From: Deltaproteobacteria bacterium
GTDB lineage: Bacteria > JAGRBM01 > JAHCIT01
Reading direction: 5' to 3'
NCBI GenBank assembly: GCA_026129095.1
Contig: JAHCIT010000008.1
Span: 133,021 to 197,020 of the forward strand
DNA: 64,000 bases
The notes below the pieces were generated by a model, which ran no database searches, was not told where the DNA came from, and saw only the letters and a list, made by a program, of their open reading frames with translations. Below, piece by piece: positions 62,683-64,000 of the stretch (position 1 is the stretch's first letter; every line of letters starts with the position of its first letter). Position numbers and translations under genes: made by a program.

Positions 62683-63448
62683 TCTTCCGGCCGAGCCAGA
62701 CGACCCGGCCTTTCAGTTCAAACCCCCGCCCGTCGTTCTCGTCCACCTCGAACGATTCGTACCGGGGATTGTCGCTGATAATCCGGATCTTCCCGGACGG
62801 CGTCCGCTGCAGCCGCTTTACGGACAGCGCGTCGCCTTGGCGGATGACGTAGACGCCGCCGGAACCGACCGTCTTCTGCCGGAGATCCACGAGCAGGATG
62901 TCGCCGCCCAGGATCGCCGGCTCCATCGAATCCCCTTCGGCAGAGATCAGACGGAAATCCTCTTCCGGATTCGAAGTCCGGAGTTCGCGCCGGAGCCACT
63001 CGGTGCGGAACGCCATTTTCACGATCTCGCGCTCCTCGCCCACATCGTTTCCCGGGCCGGCGCTCGCCCGGACATTGAGCAGCGGGATGCGGGCGAAGTC
63101 GCGGGCGAACTGGACTTCATAGGCGGATGCCATTTCGGCCAGCCCGGCCTTCTTCATGGGCCGGACAGCGGAATCCTGCAGGGCGGCAGTATCGTCCGAC
63201 AGCTCTTCTCGGAATGCCGCCTTCACCAGTTCGGCGGGCTTGCGAAGCATCGGCCCCTCGCCGGTCTCCAGCCATTTCAGGTTCACCCCGCGAATCGCGA
63301 GCGCGGTTGAAACGAGTGTCTTTGGGGCTTCGCTGACGTCGTTTTCCCAAGCCGAGACGGTCTTTTGCGACACCCCTAGGACCTGGCTCAGGTCGGCCTG
63401 AGTCAAGTCGAGTGCATCCCTTAGTGATTTCAACTGTTTACCAAACAT
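62678..63448 (-). CDS. CI-like phage repressor (XRE HTH plus peptidase S24)
   Basis: LKSLR...LTQADLSQVLGVSQKTVSAWEN; ASAGPG cleavage site; GDSMEP (Ser) and VKRL (Lys); alternative start 63475. Confidence 0.93.
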   Translation of the reverse strand: MFGKQLKSLRDALDLTQADLSQVLGVSQKTVSAWENDVSEAPKTLVSTALAIRGVNLKWLETGEGPMLRKPAELVKAAFREELSDDTAALQDSAVRPMKKAGLAEMASAYEVQFARDFARIPLLNVRASAGPGNDVGEEREIVKMAFRTEWLRRELRTSNPEEDFRLISAEGDSMEPAILGGDILLVDLRQKTVGSGGVYVIRQGDALSVKRLQRTPSGKIRIISDNPRYESFEVDENDGRGFELKGRVVWLGRKI

Positions 63449-63507
63449 TGGTAAAATATCTTGACTTAATACCATAATCAGGTATTACTCATACCATAAT
63501 ATGGAAC
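63437..63507. promoter_or_regulatory. Divergent immunity switch with three 17-bp operators (WTACC-N7-GGTAW) and TTGACT -35
   Basis: TTACCAAACATTGGTAA 63438-63454; ATACCATAATCAGGTAT 63469-63485; ATACCATAATATGGAAC 63491-63507; TTGACT 63461-63466. Confidence 0.78.
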
Positions 63508-63731
63508 CGTTCGAAGTCGCCCATCGCCTCCGCAAAGCCGGACACACCCAAGTGGACCTAGCCAAGGAGTTCGATTGCACGCAGGGTTTCATCAACCACG
63601 TCATCTACGGCCGAAAGTCAAACCTCCGTATCCAGACTCGCATCGCCGAAATCCTCGGCGAACCCGTTGAATCCATCTGGCCTTTCGCCACCGAAACCAC
63701 ATTACCGCAAATTTCTGGAGGCGCGCAATAG
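63501..63731 (+). CDS. Ner/Cro-like HTH regulator
   Basis: EVAHRLRKAGHTQVDLA...IAEILGEPVESIWP resembles Ner/Nlp; divergent from repressor. Confidence 0.82.
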   Translation: MEPFEVAHRLRKAGHTQVDLAKEFDCTQGFINHVIYGRKSNLRIQTRIAEILGEPVESIWPFATETTLPQISGGAQ

Positions 63732-63733
63732 CG

Positions 63734-64000
63734 ATGCCGCAGCGAAGATTAGACACCCCCCTGTCTGCGGCTTCGGGAACCGGTGAAGCCGCCAGTGAAC
63801 TCGAAGGCCTGCCCCTTTTCACCGGCGTTCCACTCGCGCCCGTCACGCGGCCCGGCGAAGGCCAGCTCGACTGCGGGCCCGGTCTCAAGCGCATTCTCAC
63901 GGACGCCATGAAGCCGTTCAGCCGTTACGACGTGGCGGCGGGAATCGGAAAGTTCACCGGCCGGGACATCACCAAAACAATTCTCGACGCCTGGACCGCC
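63734..64000 (+). CDS. Early phage protein, probable DNA-binding regulator (3'-truncated by window)
   Basis: Open to window end: MPQRRLDTPL...SRYDVAAGIGKFTGRDITKTILDAWTA; HTH-like segment. Confidence 0.6.
   Translation, partial: MPQRRLDTPLSAASGTGEAASELEGLPLFTGVPLAPVTRPGEGQLDCGPGLKRILTDAMKPFSRYDVAAGIGKFTGRDITKTILDAWTA

Larger units (their letters stand above)
36842..64000 (-). mobile_element. Mu-like (transposable) contractile-tailed prophage, continuing beyond the window
   Basis: Mu-type head module (DUF935-like portal, MuF, protease I, gp36-like, gpG-like), sheath/tube/baseplate, terminase, CI plus Ner-like switch, TG end with periodic repeats; transposase not in window. Confidence 0.9.

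Overview
Two-part window. About 1-36,800 is GC-rich bacterial chromosome with housekeeping and envelope genes: a DegT-type aminotransferase, tRNA-Leu(TAA), purEK, a 1,556-aa Ig-repeat lipoprotein, rseP preceded by a protease-dead PDZ paralog, tsaB, nadD, a DUF4175-like protein, acyl-CoA dehydrogenase, def, xerD, ppx, apgM, glpX, Crp/Fnr, a tgl-like/rodZ-like locus, PfkB kinase and mtnP. This gene content suggests a deltaproteobacterial/Myxococcota-like host (inference). From about 36,842 to the end lies a Mu-like (transposable) contractile-tailed prophage that seems to have inserted into the 3' end of a host gene. It shows a TG terminus with ~23-bp periodic repeats, tail fibre/baseplate/tape measure/sheath/head/terminase/lysis genes on the minus strand, an accessory block, an S24-type CI repressor and a divergent Ner/Cro-like gene. 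The transposase is not in the window. Main observations read directly from the DNA: (i) an identical 19-bp motif with a TAnnnT -10 box at fixed 8-bp spacing, found three times (candidate activator-dependent late promoter); (ii) an AT-rich two-gene moron (small DUF5678-like protein plus retropepsin-like aspartic protease), a candidate TA/defence module; (iii) a 36-bp repeat with a covarying hairpin bracketing a membrane protein + thermonuclease cassette; (iv) a portal-MuF fusion, a holin-like/Cys-rich lipoprotein fusion, a -1 frameshift in the tail chaperone and three 17-bp operators. All family names come from motif recognition by eye; no database searches were run.
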